64,000 bases of DNA. Origin: Octopus vulgaris (Eukaryota). The position numbers were made by a program, and so were the translations under genes. Under the pieces are notes generated by a model. It had not been told where the DNA came from. It did not search any database and saw only the letters and a program-made list of their open reading frames with translations. The DNA lies in NCBI GenBank assembly GCA_951406725.2, contig OX597815.1, positions 58,032,001 to 58,096,000 on the forward strand. Direction: 5' to 3'. Of the stretch, positions 50,577-64,000 are shown piece after piece. Position 1 is the first letter of the stretch; the number at the start of each line of letters is the position of its first letter.

Positions 50577-50826
50577 AAAAGCACCATCCGAACGTGGCCG
50601 ATGCCAGACCCCTCTGGCACCTGTGCAGGTGGCACGTAAAAAACACCCACTACACTCGCGGAGTGGTTGGCGTTAGGAAGGGCATCCAGCTGTAGAAACA
50701 CTGCCAGACTAGACTGGAGCCTGGGGCAGTCCCGAGCTCCCCAGACCCCGGTCGAAACCGTCCAACCCGTGCTAGCGCGGAAAACGGACGTTAAACGATG
50801 ATGATGATGATGATGATGATGATGAT
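50577..50826 (+). mobile_element. RTE/SINE shared 3' tail (young, CpG intact)
   Basis: Family sequence ending in a long (gat)n. Confidence 0.9.
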
Positions 50827-51014
50827 ATTCATAAACCCATAAATCCAAATTGACATGTACATATATAAGAGGTTCACATAAGTATGACAGGCACATGCAC
50901 ACAAGTATTTAGGTACTGCAGGAGAAACCTCTGCGCAGAACAGGAGTACAGTTAGCTAGGGAAGAAAGTCATGTACATTTAGATTGAAACAGTGGGAGTG
51001 GGGAATGCAGGAGG

Positions 51015-54000
51015 GCATAACATGTTAGTAAAGATGGATACTGTTTTTAACATAATGTTAATATTTATAACTTTTATTATTGTTATTAATACACTCTAAA
51101 CCACATAATATCATAAATTGAACTGTTCAAGCTACATATTATCGCATAAACTTAGTAGCAAATAAGAAACCATACTGTTCTAATCTACATACTAACATAA
51201 AACATAGGACTATTCTAAGCTACACAATGTCATATAGACTTTTGAGAACTTAGATGGGCAGGATGCTGAATGGGAGAGAGAGAGAGAGAGATTAAACAGC
51301 ATTACATTAGAATATAATCAAATAAGACGAAGATTAAAACTTAGCTTCGGTTTTCACTTTGAAGCAGTTTGTTATGACATGCGTGTACATGTTGGGTGTA
51401 AGCATAGTATTACCTAAATAAATATTTGGATATGGTTATCTAGAATAATCTATCACAGAATTATTATGTTCACACAGAATGCACTCATTACTTCAACATA
51501 GTTACAATATTTGATTAACACAATAACCAATATGTATGATCAACACTGTCAACTGCCACTCAGTACACACAGTTCTTTATTCAAATTTGTTAAGTCCACT
51601 TTCAGTTACATGGGGGTGTACAGAATTCTCCCATAGCATCTCCCATTTTTGCGAATTTAAACTCTATCCGAAGTTTAATATCTTTTGTGTTCAGGATTTA
51701 ATTCCAGTACTTCCATTCTTTTCCTTTTTCTGGTACTTGAATGTGTAGTTTCAATTTGTTTAGATGTTGGTGCCTCAAATGTATCATAAAAGACTTCCAT
51801 GGGCATTTCATCTCTTGTGACCATTTCTTCCATAAATCTTTTTTTAAGTTGGTTTATATGTCTTTTATGTTTGAAATTTTTACCTTTTACCAAGAATAAC
51901 ACTTTTCCAATTTGTTTAATAATCACACAATCTTCCCATCTTTTTTTTTAAAATTTCTATACATTAAAAAAAAAAAATTGTCACTTATTTTTAAAAATTT
52001 TGAATTATATTTGTTCACCATTTTTCTTTTTTTACTCAGTAACAACTTGTCAAAGATAGATCTTATCTTTCTAGCGAACATTAATTCTGCAGGTGACATT
52101 CCAGACAGTATTACTTGGTATACTCTTAGAAATTGTTGAAGTGCTAGGTCATCCATTACTTCTTTGTTCACCTTTTTTAAAACCCTCTTAAAAGTATCAA
52201 CAAAACGCTCTGCTTGTCCATTTGATATGGCAGTGATAACATGTTCAATAATGAACATTATACAAAAATTTTTCAACTTGTATGAAGTAAACTGAGTTCC
52301 ATTATCAGACACATTGGTATCAGGAGTACAATATCTGGCAAACAATTCATGTAAAAAACTTACTGTAACCATGGATTTCGACTTTTTACATTAATGCACT
52401 TGAGGTCACTTAAAAAAACTGTCTACCACAACATGGTAATATGAACCATTAAGTAGGCCTGCATAACCAACATGCAGTCTGGTGCATGGATATCTGTTTG
52501 TGGCCACGGCTGCCATTTTGTAATAGGTGATTTTGCTGTTAGAGCACAATCTAGTTTTTTCACTAGTTTTTCAATGTCACAGTCCATTCTTGGCCAATAC
52601 ACATAACTTCTCATTAACCATTTCATTCTTGAAATTACCTTTAGTAATTACTTTTGTAGTGTGGTAGGCACTACAACTCTGTGTATACATTGTCACAAAC
52701 TGAGAGAAGGTTCAAATTTGTGTTGCATTCTGCAAAACATATTCTTATCTCTTCAGCATTTCTTTCATTTTTTAATAAATTCGTTTTCTGTTTTTACTTT
52801 CATGTCTTGTAATGTAACTGGTAATTCATGTATGACATTACGTAAAACATTTTAAATTTCTTTTTCCACATGCAATGCAACAATCATGGTATCCTCAAAC
52901 AGTTCAGTAATTTTTGGTATCAACCTAGATGAACAATCAGCATGTTCTAATTTCTTAGATAATATAAACTCCATCTTAAAATCATAGTTTAGTAATATTG
53001 TACCCTAGCTTTGCCATCTGTTAGCTGTATAGGTAGGGATTCCTTTCTTTGATCTATATATAGATAATAACAGACGATGATCAGCCTGTAGTTGAAAATT
53101 TTTACTGTGTGAAAATCGAAGAAATTTTTTTTTAACAAAAATAATCACTAGAGCCTCTTTTTCAATTTGGCTGTAATTTTTTCTGCAGGTGGTAGTGAAC
53201 ATGAGGTATGGATCATGGCTTTCATATTACCATCTTCATATTTGTTTAGCATTACTGCTCTGATACTGTGCTCACTGGCATCTGAAGCTGCTACAATTTC
53301 TGCTGCAGGATTGAAATGTGTTAAAGATAAATCTGATGTGAATATCTTTTTAATTTTATCTAACATGTTCTGACAATTTTCAGACTAATTCTACTTTACA
53401 TCTGTTTTTAGTAGATTATTTAGTGGAGCTCTTACCTTGTACATCTTTTGTATATAAATTTGATAATAGTTTGCAAGTTCAAAAAAAAGCTTGTGAGGGG
53501 GCATATTTTTAATTGCATCTGCCTTAAATGGATCTGGTCAACGACCATTTTTATCAAGGATTTGTCCTAAATACTTAATTTTAGGTAAGAAAAATTCACA
53601 TTTCTCCTCACTCAGCTTGAAACTATGATCTCTTATTTTTTCAAAAACACATTTTACATGCTCAACATACTGATCATGGGATTCACTTTTAATTAATATA
53701 TCATCTAAAACCATTGCAAAGTCACACTCTGCAAGCATCGCATCCATCACTTGGAATGTTGCCAGAGCAACTTTTATGCCAAATGGAAGCTGGTTAAATT
53801 TGTACAGATCTTTATGGGTATTAATTATTAGTGACTTTGTACATTCATCTTCCACATGTTAAGTTAAGCATCAGAAAGATGTAATTTTAGAACAATTTAC
53901 CACTATTTAGTTTTGAGAAGATTTTTGTCCTGGCTAGGTAATAGGTAGTTATACTGTCTTAAACATTCATTTAGTCCAATCTAGAAATCTATACATACAC

Positions 54001-56190
54001 AAATTTTCTTCTTCTTCTTTTTAACAGACACTGTTGGAGATGTCCAATGTGAATAGTTGTTCTTTTCAATCACTCCCATTTTTTCCAGTGCTGCAAAAGG
54101 TACATTATGTTTGGGTTTGAAAACTGGTAATGAATTTTCTTTTACCTGATATTTTCCTTTAAGTTTATTGCATCGATCCAACTCATCCAAAATCATCAAG
54201 GAACAACCTTTTCACTTTTTAAAAAATTTTCTGACTCTGTATTTGAACTGGCATATGACTCCATTACATTTTTACAAAAATTATTTATGGGTAAATCCCA
54301 TAAGTTCAACAATTCCATCCAGTCAGTTCCAAAAATGTTGCTCATATTTTTTAATACATAATCTTTCACTTTTATAGTCTTACTGTGAAATATAACGTTA
54401 CAAATAATTTTGCCTTTAAAAATTAATTTAATCTCTGAGATTTCATGAACAATCTTTGAGAATCCTCTGTAGTGTAGGTTTCCGATCTTTTCCATGTATT
54501 TTCATTAATTAAAGTAATGTCACCACCTGTATCTAACTAATTTTACATTTGTATTATTAATTTTTATATACACAAATTTCTTTTGAGTCTCATTTGTATT
54601 TCTTGTCATTGAAAATCTGTTTATGTGATTTTTTTGTTGAACCATTTTGTAGGTTCTGTTTTACAGTGTGATTTTTTTTTATGACCCACCATATCATACT
54701 CAAAGCATTTTCAATTTTTATAAGGACTGTCAAATGTATAGTGTAATTCTCCACATCCAAAACATGGGTTAATTTTCTACTTTTCATTATTTACTTTTGG
54801 TTGCACCGATTGTATATGAGAGCAGTTTCTCACTTCAATTTGTTCCCTAGGTTTATTATTCTCTGGCATTCCTCGGATATTTCTTGTAGCATTAGCTCTA
54901 ATTTAGTCAGAATTTGGTTACGAATTTCCACATCTTTCTTTGCACAAAAATTAATCATTTAAACATATCTGGTGTTAGTTTATGAATTTAAAATTTTTCA
55001 CATTCCCTATTAACAATTCCAGCATATGTAATAAAATCTTTGTCTTCTTTTTTGTAATATTCATGCATTGCCAATCTCTTATTATAAAAGGCAGATTTTA
55101 TCTGCCTCCCTTTGTAACTTCTGGTCTCTTTGGTAATATGTAATTTCAATATTTCTTATGCTTTGCTGGTGTCAACCTTCTCAACAAAAGTCAGGTTCTT
55201 TGCTAAAAATTTCCTCATACCTTCTAAAGTAAGCATGGAATGTTATACCCTCTTCTGGGTTATATGCGAACTCTCTGATTGAGTTTGCAACAGTGTCAGG
55301 GGTGAACGAACTAGATGTATTTTCTTTTTTCTTCTGCATCAGTTGTACAAGCAGTTGCTGTTGCTTCTGAAATTTCAACAACTGCTGTTGTTGTTGCTGT
55401 TATTAAATTACTGAAATTAATAAACCTTCCATGTTCAAACAAAAATTTTCCAGCATGCGTTTCAAATATCCTCGTTGCCAAAAATGTTATGACATGTATG
55501 TACATGTCAGGTGTAAGAATAGTATTACCCAAATAAATATTTGGATATGGTTATCTAGAATAACTTATTGCAGAATTATTATGTTCATACAGAATGCACT
55601 TCGTACTACTCCAACGTAGTTACAATATTTGACTAACACAGTAACCAATATGGATAATCTATACTGTCAACTGCCACTCAGTTCATACAGTTCTTAATTT
55701 ATTTGAATCCATTCACTTTCAGTTATGTGGGGGTGTACAGGATTTTCCCATAACAGAGATAATGTAAACATCCTATTTCTACATAACGTGTTAGCAAAGA
55801 TGGACACTGTTTTTAATGTAATGTTAATATTTAAAACTTTTATTATTGTTATTGTTAATACAACCTAAGCCATATAGTATCATAAATTGAAATGTTGAAG
55901 CTGCATATTATCGCATAAACTTAGTTGCAAATAAGAAATTGTACTGTTCTAATCAACATGCTCACATAAAATATAGAATAACTATTCTAAGTTACACAAT
56001 ATTATATAAACATTTGAGAAATCAGATGGGCAGAATGCTGAATGGAGGAGAGAGAAAGAGAAGGGTTAAATGTCATTACATTAGAATAAAATAAAATAGG
56101 ACAAAGATTAAAAACTTAGCTTCTGTTTTCACTTTGAAGCAGATAATGAAAACATCTTATTTCTATATAACGTATTAGCAAAGATGGCTA
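51015..56190. repeat. ~385-bp tandem repeat (about 2.1 units) split by the gypsy insertion
   Basis: 51015-51367 is homologous to 55783-56142; a third unit restarts near 56170. Confidence 0.8.
51370..55755 (-). mobile_element. Full-length degenerate Ty3/gypsy (Mag-like) LTR retrotransposon
   Basis: LTRs 51370-51638 and 55485-55755 (TGTTATG...CATA(G/A)CA); PBS tggcaacgag; PPT aaaaatgggaga; gag, RT (LPFG, LDDILI), RNase H (SDAS) and integrase (SDNGTQF, NGQAER) in gypsy order; degenerate 5-bp TSD cagtt/gagat. Confidence 0.93.
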
Positions 56191-56524
56191 CAAGAAATTT
56201 GTTTATCTTTTGTCAGTGGAAAAATAGTTTCAATAAATCAAAAATTTATCTTGAATGATATTTGATCTGTCTTTATTACACAAACAGCACAGCATAAATC
56301 TGAAGGACTGAAATAAATTTAAATATTATAAAACCACATTGTGGGTTAAATAAGAATGTAAATACATTCTTTTTTTTATGTTTGGTAAAAAGAGAGGGGA
56401 AATCTTCTGATGGAATATTTCATGATCTGTTGACTAATCCTCAGAGAAGACATACAATGTTTCCATCCTCAATCAGTAGCATTGATCAGCTACTTATAAA
56501 TCAGTCATAAATTACTTGTGTATG

Positions 56525-59500
56525 TGTTGTGGAAGGATTCTGACCACTCCCATGTGACTAAAAGTGGACTGGCACATTGCTGTAAATAAAGAATGGTGAG
56601 CAATTAGGAGTAAGCAGTTCACTGTGAGCTGTTGACTGAGAGTGCTTTATCTCATGGAACAATAATTGTATTGCATTGTGTAAATACTTTATTTCTCTGC
56701 TTTGTTAAATTATTTATCCAACACCAGGATATAAAGTGGCGACGAGTTGTTTGAAACTTGCGTTGGATGTTTAGAATTTTTTTCTGGTACGAAACTAAAA
56801 AAAAATTGTTTTAACATGGAGGACTTATTGGCTTCTGTGGTGCAGTTGCAACAACAACTACAACAGTAACAATAACAAAACCAACAGTTGCTGGAATTAA
56901 TGTTGAAGAAATCTGAAAATACTGCAGGTGCTTACTCATCAGACAGTGTAGCAAATTCATTTGAAGAATTCAGCTATAAACCAGACTTTTTCTGCATATA
57001 ATTGAAGATATAAAATCTTCAGAGAAGAATGTGAAAATTGGATGGACCAGAAAAAGGTACAACACTTTTAAGAAAGTTATCCTCTCCTGAAGAAACCAGG
57101 TGAGATTTGTTTTGATAAAACAATTTTTTATTGAAGATTTTCAGTAAAAGAAGTTCCTTGTTCAATATTCACTGGCAATGTTTAAATTTGGTCAAAAAAG
57201 ATGATGAAAATTTCATGACTTATGATGGGGTTGTTAACAGAGAGTATGAAAAAATTCAAATTAAATGAATTAACCCCGAACATGTTCAAATGTCTGATTT
57301 TTGTTCAAGGGCTAACTGCATGCAAAGATGCAGATATATGTTCCCAGATATTAATAAAATTAGAACAGGACCAAAAATTAACTCTACAGGCAGTAGCAGA
57401 AGAATGCCAGAGGATTATAAATCTAAAACATGACATAGATAAAATTGAAGAAAAAGATTGTTCTCATATTCATGCATGTCGACAGGTAACGGATATGAAA
57501 AAAGAGGAAAAAATGTCAAGACCAAAATCCATGTTATGGGTGCAGTGATCTACATTTTAAAAGTAACTGTCCATTTAAAAATATAAAATGCTTCAAGTGT
57601 AGGTAATAAAAAAATCACACTGTAAAACAAAAGCTAAAAGACAGCTCAACAGAAAAAATCATGTAAACAAGTTATCAATGACAAGTAATACATGAGCTTT
57701 GAAAATTACACACAGTGTTTTAGGATAATAATTACTTTTTAAGGGTGAATTAATAAGTGATTACTTTTCATGGAAAACCTTGTGTTGAATAATATGACAC
57801 ATTTATTTGGAATAGACTGGATGGAATTATTTAACTTATGGGACCTCCTCATAAATCTTTTCTGTAAAAATGTGAATAGTTTTTTGCCAATAAAAATAAG
57901 TCACCAGATGAATTAAAAAAGAAATCAAAACAGATTTTTCCTGAGATTCTGTCTGATGAATTAGGTCTGTGCACCAAAACAAATGCGAAGTTTCAAATAA
58001 AAGAATATGCTACACCAGTATTTAAACCAAAACGAATAGTAGCTTTCACAGCGTTAGAGAGACTAGAAAAAATTGGAGTTATCAAAAAGTGGAATATAGT
58101 CAATGGTCATCACCAACTGTGTATGTTAAGAAAAAGAATAATAAAATCAAAGTGTGTGCTGATTTTTCCACTGGTTTAACCCTTTCGTTACCAAACTGCC
58201 CAAAGCCGCCTGAAAAAATTTTGGTTAATGTGACCAAACCGCCCAAACCCGCCCGTATTTACCTATTCATATTTAAATGAGAATATCAGAGCAAATCTCT
58301 TTAGTACATTCGTGAAAACACGTATTATACTTTGTAAAGAGTTCAGCTACAGTTTTGTACAACAATCGAAGTGTAATTTTAATTCCGTGAATTTTGGGAG
58401 ATTTTTTTCCGAAATTTGTTCCTATTGTGTTTTCAAAATTTGTAATTCTGACAAAAAATGGATACAAATTTCATTATATCAAACAGTGAGTCAGAATTTG
58501 AAGGATTTTCTACTGAAGACCTTCATAAATCTAACTCTATGACTGAAAAAAAAAAAAAGCACGTGGTATTTGATAATGAATCTGATGTTTCATTTTCCAA
58601 AAGTGAAAACAGTGAATCCGAGAGCTCCGACAGCGATAAAGAAAATAAATTGGCACCTGAATGGAGTGAAAATTTAAAAACTGTTTCTTTCGGTGATTTT
58701 TCTGAAGAAACTGGACCAAGCCACAGACTTTCCCAGGAGAATGAGCCTATTTGAAATCATTACGGCGGAAACGAACCGTTACGCTAAATGTAAACAAAGC
58801 GAAAGAAAGGATAGTTAGTGGTTGCCCACAACCTTAAATGAAATTAAGACTATTTTGCCATAAATATTATTATGGGTATCAGAAAGTTACCCAGAATAAC
58901 AAATTCTATCATAAAATTTTGTTGTATACCCAATTGAATATTAGTTAATAACCCATTTTCTATAGCGATGTATGAACAAAATTTTAATAATTTTATATTT
59001 TGTTGAATTTACCTGTATCTACCCTCAATTAGAGTCACTTTGTGACAAAAATTATAGTATAGAATTGGTTGAGAATATTTCATTAAATTATCTTCCAAAA
59101 ATCAGATTAATAAATTGATAAATAAAAAAGTTATAGTTGTTTAATGAAACCAGACTAAATTTATGATTACGTAAGAAATTAATTGAAACACATAAGGGGT
59201 GTATTTTGGTCAGAAATATAGTAACGAAAGGGTTAAATGAATGTCTTAAAAATGTGCCACAATCTGCTACCTACACCGGAGGACATATTTGCGAAATTAA
59301 ATGTGGCAAGATATTTTCTAAATTGGATCTCTCTGATGTGTACCTACAAAATAGAGTACATGATGAATGCTCTAAATACTTAACAATTAACACCCACAAA
59401 GGATTCTATAGATACAACAGGTTACCATTTGGCTTAAAAGTTGCACAGACGATTTTTCAACAGGTTATGAATGCAATGTTAGTGGACTGAATTTGCAATT

Positions 59501-60385
59501 CCATATCTGGATGATATACTCATAAAAAGTAAATTCCAGGACCAATATGTTGAGCATATAAAATATGTGTTCGAAGAAATTAGGGATTATCACTTTACTT
59601 GAGTGAAGAAAAGTGTGAATTTTCCTTACCAAGATAAAATATTTAGGACAAATCATTGACAGAAATGGATGTTGACCAGATCCTTTGAGGGTAGATGCAA
59701 TTTACGATATGCCCCCTCCAACAAATATAGCAATCTTATAAGCTTTTTTGGGACTGGTAAATTATTACCAAAATTATATTCCAAATATGCCTAAGGTAAG
59801 AGTTTCACTAAATAATCTAATAAAAAAGATGTAAAGTGGAATTCATCTGAAAATTGTCAGAACGTGTTTAATGAAATTTAAAAAATACTAACATCTGATT
59901 TGTCGTTGGCACACTTCGATCCTGCAGCAAAGACTGTAGTAACTTAAGATGCCTCTGAGTACAGTATCAGAGCAATAATGCTGCATTAATATGAAGATGA
60001 TAACATGAAGGCGGTGGTTCAGGCCTCACATTCTCTGATATTAGTAGAAAAAAATTACAGCCAAATCGAAAAAGAGGCTCTAGCGATTATTTTTGCCATA
60101 AAAGAATTTCATAGATTTTTACATGGTAGAAGGTTTTGACTACAGACTGATAATCATCTCTTATCTGTATATGGGTCAAAGAAAGGAATCCCTATCCATA
60201 CTGCTAATAGGTTACAACGCTGAAGTACTATGTTATTAAACTATGATTTTAAGATAGAGTATATACCATCTAAGAAATTAGGACACGCTGATTGTTTATC
60301 AAGACTGATTTTCAAAAAATGCTGAACCATTCGAAGATACCATGATTGCTGCATTGCAAGTGGAAAATGAAATTAAAAATGGTAC
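56525..60385 (+). mobile_element. Second Ty3/gypsy (Mag-like) element, 3'-truncated before integrase
   Basis: Putative 5' LTR then PBS TGGCGACGAG at 56737; Q-rich gag; CADFSTG|LNECLK; RLPFGLK; YLDDILI at ~59504; RNase H NYSQIEKEAL. Confidence 0.9.
58180..59232 (+). mobile_element. piggyBac internal-deletion derivative inserted in gypsy RT
   Basis: TTAA TSDs at 58176 and 59233; TIRs ccctttcgttac / gtaacgaaaggg; acidic N-terminal ORF 58458-58754 followed by ETNRYA and EIK..IMG motifs. Confidence 0.93.
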
Positions 60386-60819
60386 CATGCAGTAGGATTG
60401 AACTCAAAATCACATGGTTGTGAAGGGAACTTCTTAATCACAGAGCCTTATATATTACTACCCTCTTGCAAACCACTCTCTAGCCTTCTAAACTCATGTA
60501 ACCCTTCCCCTCAACCCTTCCCAATCTTTATATATACTGCCTACCTACCTCTCTCCCTCCCACTTCTATTTCTTCTCCCATACACTCTTACACCACCACA
60601 CACTACTACTACTTCAGGTGTCACCTGGACACCTCATCATCACTGTCTACCTCTTTGGAGATACTGCTTATTTATTCTTACTCCCTCTCCTAAATGTAAG
60701 CAGCCATGTGGCTTCTCTACAACAAGAATCTGTTCTACCCCAATTTCTTCCCTAATATCTTAACTCCCACCTAGCATAAGGATGCAGCACCCCCAGCACC
60801 TTCTTGGGTTTGTAGACTT

Positions 60820-61026
60820 GCAAGCTGTATGGTGACCTCAATAGTGCTGGTGGCAAGGAAAAAGGCCTCCAGTATATGCTGTAAAGTGGTTGGCATTAGG
60901 AAGGGCATCCAGCTGTAGAAAGCATTCCAAAGTAGACACTGGAGCATGATTCTGTTCTTTGGACTCATCAGATTCTTGTCAAACTGTCCAATCCATGCCA
61001 GCATGGAGCATGGATGTTAAAGATGA
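60820..61026 (+). mobile_element. RTE/SINE shared 3' tail (old)
   Basis: gtggttggcattaggaagggcatccagctgtagaaa...ccatgccagcatgg..gatgttaa. Confidence 0.85.
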
Positions 61027-61179
61027 TATATCTAGTGATCTATCTGTCAATCTATCCATCCATTCATCATAAATGTACACAATAAAGAGTTGTTATTATC
61101 AATCTGAGCAAAATACTTCTTAAGCTCTCTTCTAATACGAATAAACTGGGCTAATAAAAGTTTTTTTTTTGATTGGTAT

Positions 61180-64000
61180 GGTGGAGGTTGCTCTTATTCA
61201 CTACTGGTAACATGTAACCCAGTACAACCTGTTACATGGTTGGGTTGTCGGTGACTAAACTGGCAACCCCACCAATCTTGCTTGGTGAGGAGGGTGATAG
61301 TAGGACACCCTGCATGACAGAAAATAAAACCTGTCATAAAGGGCAGAGGAATTCATAAGTAGTCAATAGCCATCCAATTATATTTGTGTATGTGTATATA
61401 TATATTTTCTGATGTATTTAATTCCATATATTAGGGGACAGATGGGGCTCCTTAACTGGTGAAGGCATCCCATCTAGGAAAGGGAAACTTTGATATAAAA
61501 CCAGGTCTTTGGTTGCTGAGGGTCTCCTTAACAAGGCTGTTCTATCAGCAAACTCTGACTCATGAAGTAGACTAGGCTCTCCAGCTTGTTTATAGCAGCT
61601 CGTCTAGATGGAAACTTCTGAAGAAAAAGCCTGAGATGTGTTGTTCTTGGTATTGTGGCACAAATGTACACCATATTCTTTCTATCATTACTTCCAAAAA
61701 GTGTGGCTATTGTATGTGGATTTTCTGACAACTTACATTTATTCATTCAATACGGCACAGCTTCAACTTGAAAAAGAAATCAAAAAGTCCTCTGGCAAGA
61801 GAGTGAAAGTGGCACGGACAGGTAAAGGATATTGCTGGAAATCTCTTGCTGGATCTCTACACAGTCGGCGAACATTGGGTGATAGCTGTTCCAGCACAAA
61901 ATTTGTGAGTAACTATGCTGTCTGTGTCCTCCAGTGGTGACAAAACAGGTCTATTTAGACACAGCACTGCTTTCCTCGATGGGGAGGGATGAGAAAAGGA
62001 GCTCCAAACATTGATTACTCACCTTAAACTTGTCAGCCCACTGCAGCTGTCTGTTTGTTCAGTAACACAGTTGAAACACAAAGAAATCTAAGAGTATTCT
62101 TGGAATGTGTGCACTCTCCAAAATAGTCACTCAGCACCAGAAAAAAACCAGCATTGGTTGCCTTTGAACTAAAGAAATACATCATTGACATAGCTGCACT
62201 CAGTGAAGCTCATTTTGTAGGATCATCACAGTTAGAAGAAAATAAAGGGGGATACATATTGCCATTAAAACAGAAATAGCTAGATCCTTTCTTTCTCTAC
62301 CCAAAGGTATTTCTGATCGCATCGTGACACTAACATTGGAACTTGATCACAACACTTGTGCTATGCTCCAACCATGGCCAGCAATGAGCAGGAAAAGGAC
62401 GAATTTTACAACCAACTCCATGATGTCGTCTCCAGTTGTCACCATAGGGATAAACTTATCCTTATGGATGACTTTAACACTCGTGTTGGTACTGACTATT
62501 GGGAATGGGAGGGTGTTCTTGGTCACTATGGTGTAGGTTGAATGAATTCCAGCAGTCTGCATGTGCTCTCCATTTGCAGGGAATTTAGTCTAAGCATCAC
62601 AAATACCATTTCTCAACAGTGAAATTGTTGCAAGATGACCTGTATGCATCCTAGATCTAAGGATTGGCATCTCATAAACTATGTGATCACTAAAAAACAA
62701 AATATTAGGGACTTTAACATTATACGTTCCTTTCATAACACCTGCTATCTCTCTGATCATTCTCTTTTCTGTAGTAAGGCTACATTCCATCTGAAACACA
62801 CAGGACTACAAAAGTCATCAGTGCCTAAGTGCATTAATTTTCTGCCTTTGAAAACTGTCAAAAAGCAGGCTGAGCTCTCTATCAAATTGGACACTGCACT
62901 CAACATTGTTGATATCAGTAGAGGTTCTTGGACTTTCTGTTTGTAAACATCAAGATTGGTTCAATGATAACAACACATATGTCCAACAGTTGATAGATAA
63001 AATGCACAGCTCTCACAAAAGATGGATAAATGATGAGAGCTCATCCAGAAAAGAGAATGCTTACAAGAAATGTAGAGGCAAGGTCTAACATGCTCTGAGA
63101 CAGATGAAGGAGGCTTGGTGGTGTTTCAAGGCTACTGAACTCCAAGAAGCTGCTGGCAGAAAGGATTCTAAAGCCTTTTATGATGGCCTCAAGAAAGTGT
63201 ATGATCCTCAAGAGCGTGACAAACCTGATGTTCTGAAATGATGGAAAGATCACTTTGAACCCGTATTGAACTCCACCTCAGTCACTAATGATAATGTCAT
63301 AATGTCTGTTCCACAGCACACTGAAATACAGGAACTGTCTCTGGAGCCAACCTTTCTGGAAGTGGTAAACTCTATTAAAAAGATCTCTTCTGATAAAGTA
63401 CCTGGCAGGGATGCTATCCCTCCTGAAATCTGCAAACATGGTGGACAGAAGATTTAAGAAACTGTATGACCTCTTCATAAACATTTGGAAGGTAGGCCAT
63501 GTACCACTGGACTTCAAGGATGCCTCAATTCAACATCTTTATAAGAACAAAGGAAACAGAAGTGTCTGTGATAATCATTGTGGAATATTGCTTCTGTCTA
63601 TTGCTGGTAAGATTCTTGCTCAATTCATTCTTGACAGGATCATCAAACACGTTGTAAATGATATCTCTCCAGAATCACAGTGCGGATTTTGCTCTGGTCA
63701 TGGACATGATCTTTTTCCTCTGACATGTCATGGAGAAGGTGCATGAAAACAAATCAAGAGTTGTTCTTGATATTTGTGGACCTTACTAAGGCTGTTGACA
63801 CTGTTGACACTATGGAAAGTTCTGCAAAAGCTTGGTATACCTGACAAGATGTTGAATGTTATCATATCCTTTCATGAGGGAATGAAGGCTGCTGTCATGT
63901 CCAGTGGGGAATCTTTGGCTTCCTTCGACATTACAAATGGCACAAAGTAAGGTTGTGTTATGCCCTCTATATGCTTTTGGTGATATACAAAGTGGTGGAC
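61180..64000 (+). mobile_element. RTE-BovB-type LINE, decayed, runs off the window end
   Basis: WNVCTL..IDIAALSE (62101-62210), YAPT..EKDEFY, TCMHPRSKDWHLINYVI, KVPGRDAIPPE, DNHCGILLLSIAGKILA, PESQCGF, FVDLTKAVDTV; many stops and frameshifts. 5' boundary approximate. Confidence 0.9.

Overview
AT-rich, repeat-dominated eukaryotic DNA. The SINE, RTE and microsatellite repertoire suggests an octopus (cephalopod) genome; this is inference, as no search was possible. One host gene is well supported: a FAHD1-like gene on the minus strand, with exon 1 at 14508-14563 and exon 2 at 2947-3043, continuing past the left edge. It is invisible to the ORF track. The rest is mostly mobile DNA: three minus-strand RTE LINEs plus an RTE-BovB-type LINE, about 13 copies of a shared RTE/SINE 3' tail ending in (ATG)n, tRNA-derived SINEs, a near-intact 5'-truncated R4/Dong element in an (AAT)n tract, Penelope-like fragments, two Ty3/gypsy relics (one split by a piggyBac derivative), mariner, Tigger and Helitron relics, and a nested cluster of GG...CC MITEs with 8-9 bp TSDs around the FAHD1 start. 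The most interesting unannotated signals are: (i) an intact minimal hammerhead ribozyme at 20330-20371 (minus) inside a 352-nt head-to-tail unit, i.e. a retrozyme-like element; (ii) a decayed, intronless USP-type deubiquitinase domain inside FAHD1 intron 1; and (iii) asymmetric CpG decay in a paired repeat, suggesting a second promoter near 35 kb. Repeat boundaries were read by eye and are approximate unless a TSD is quoted.
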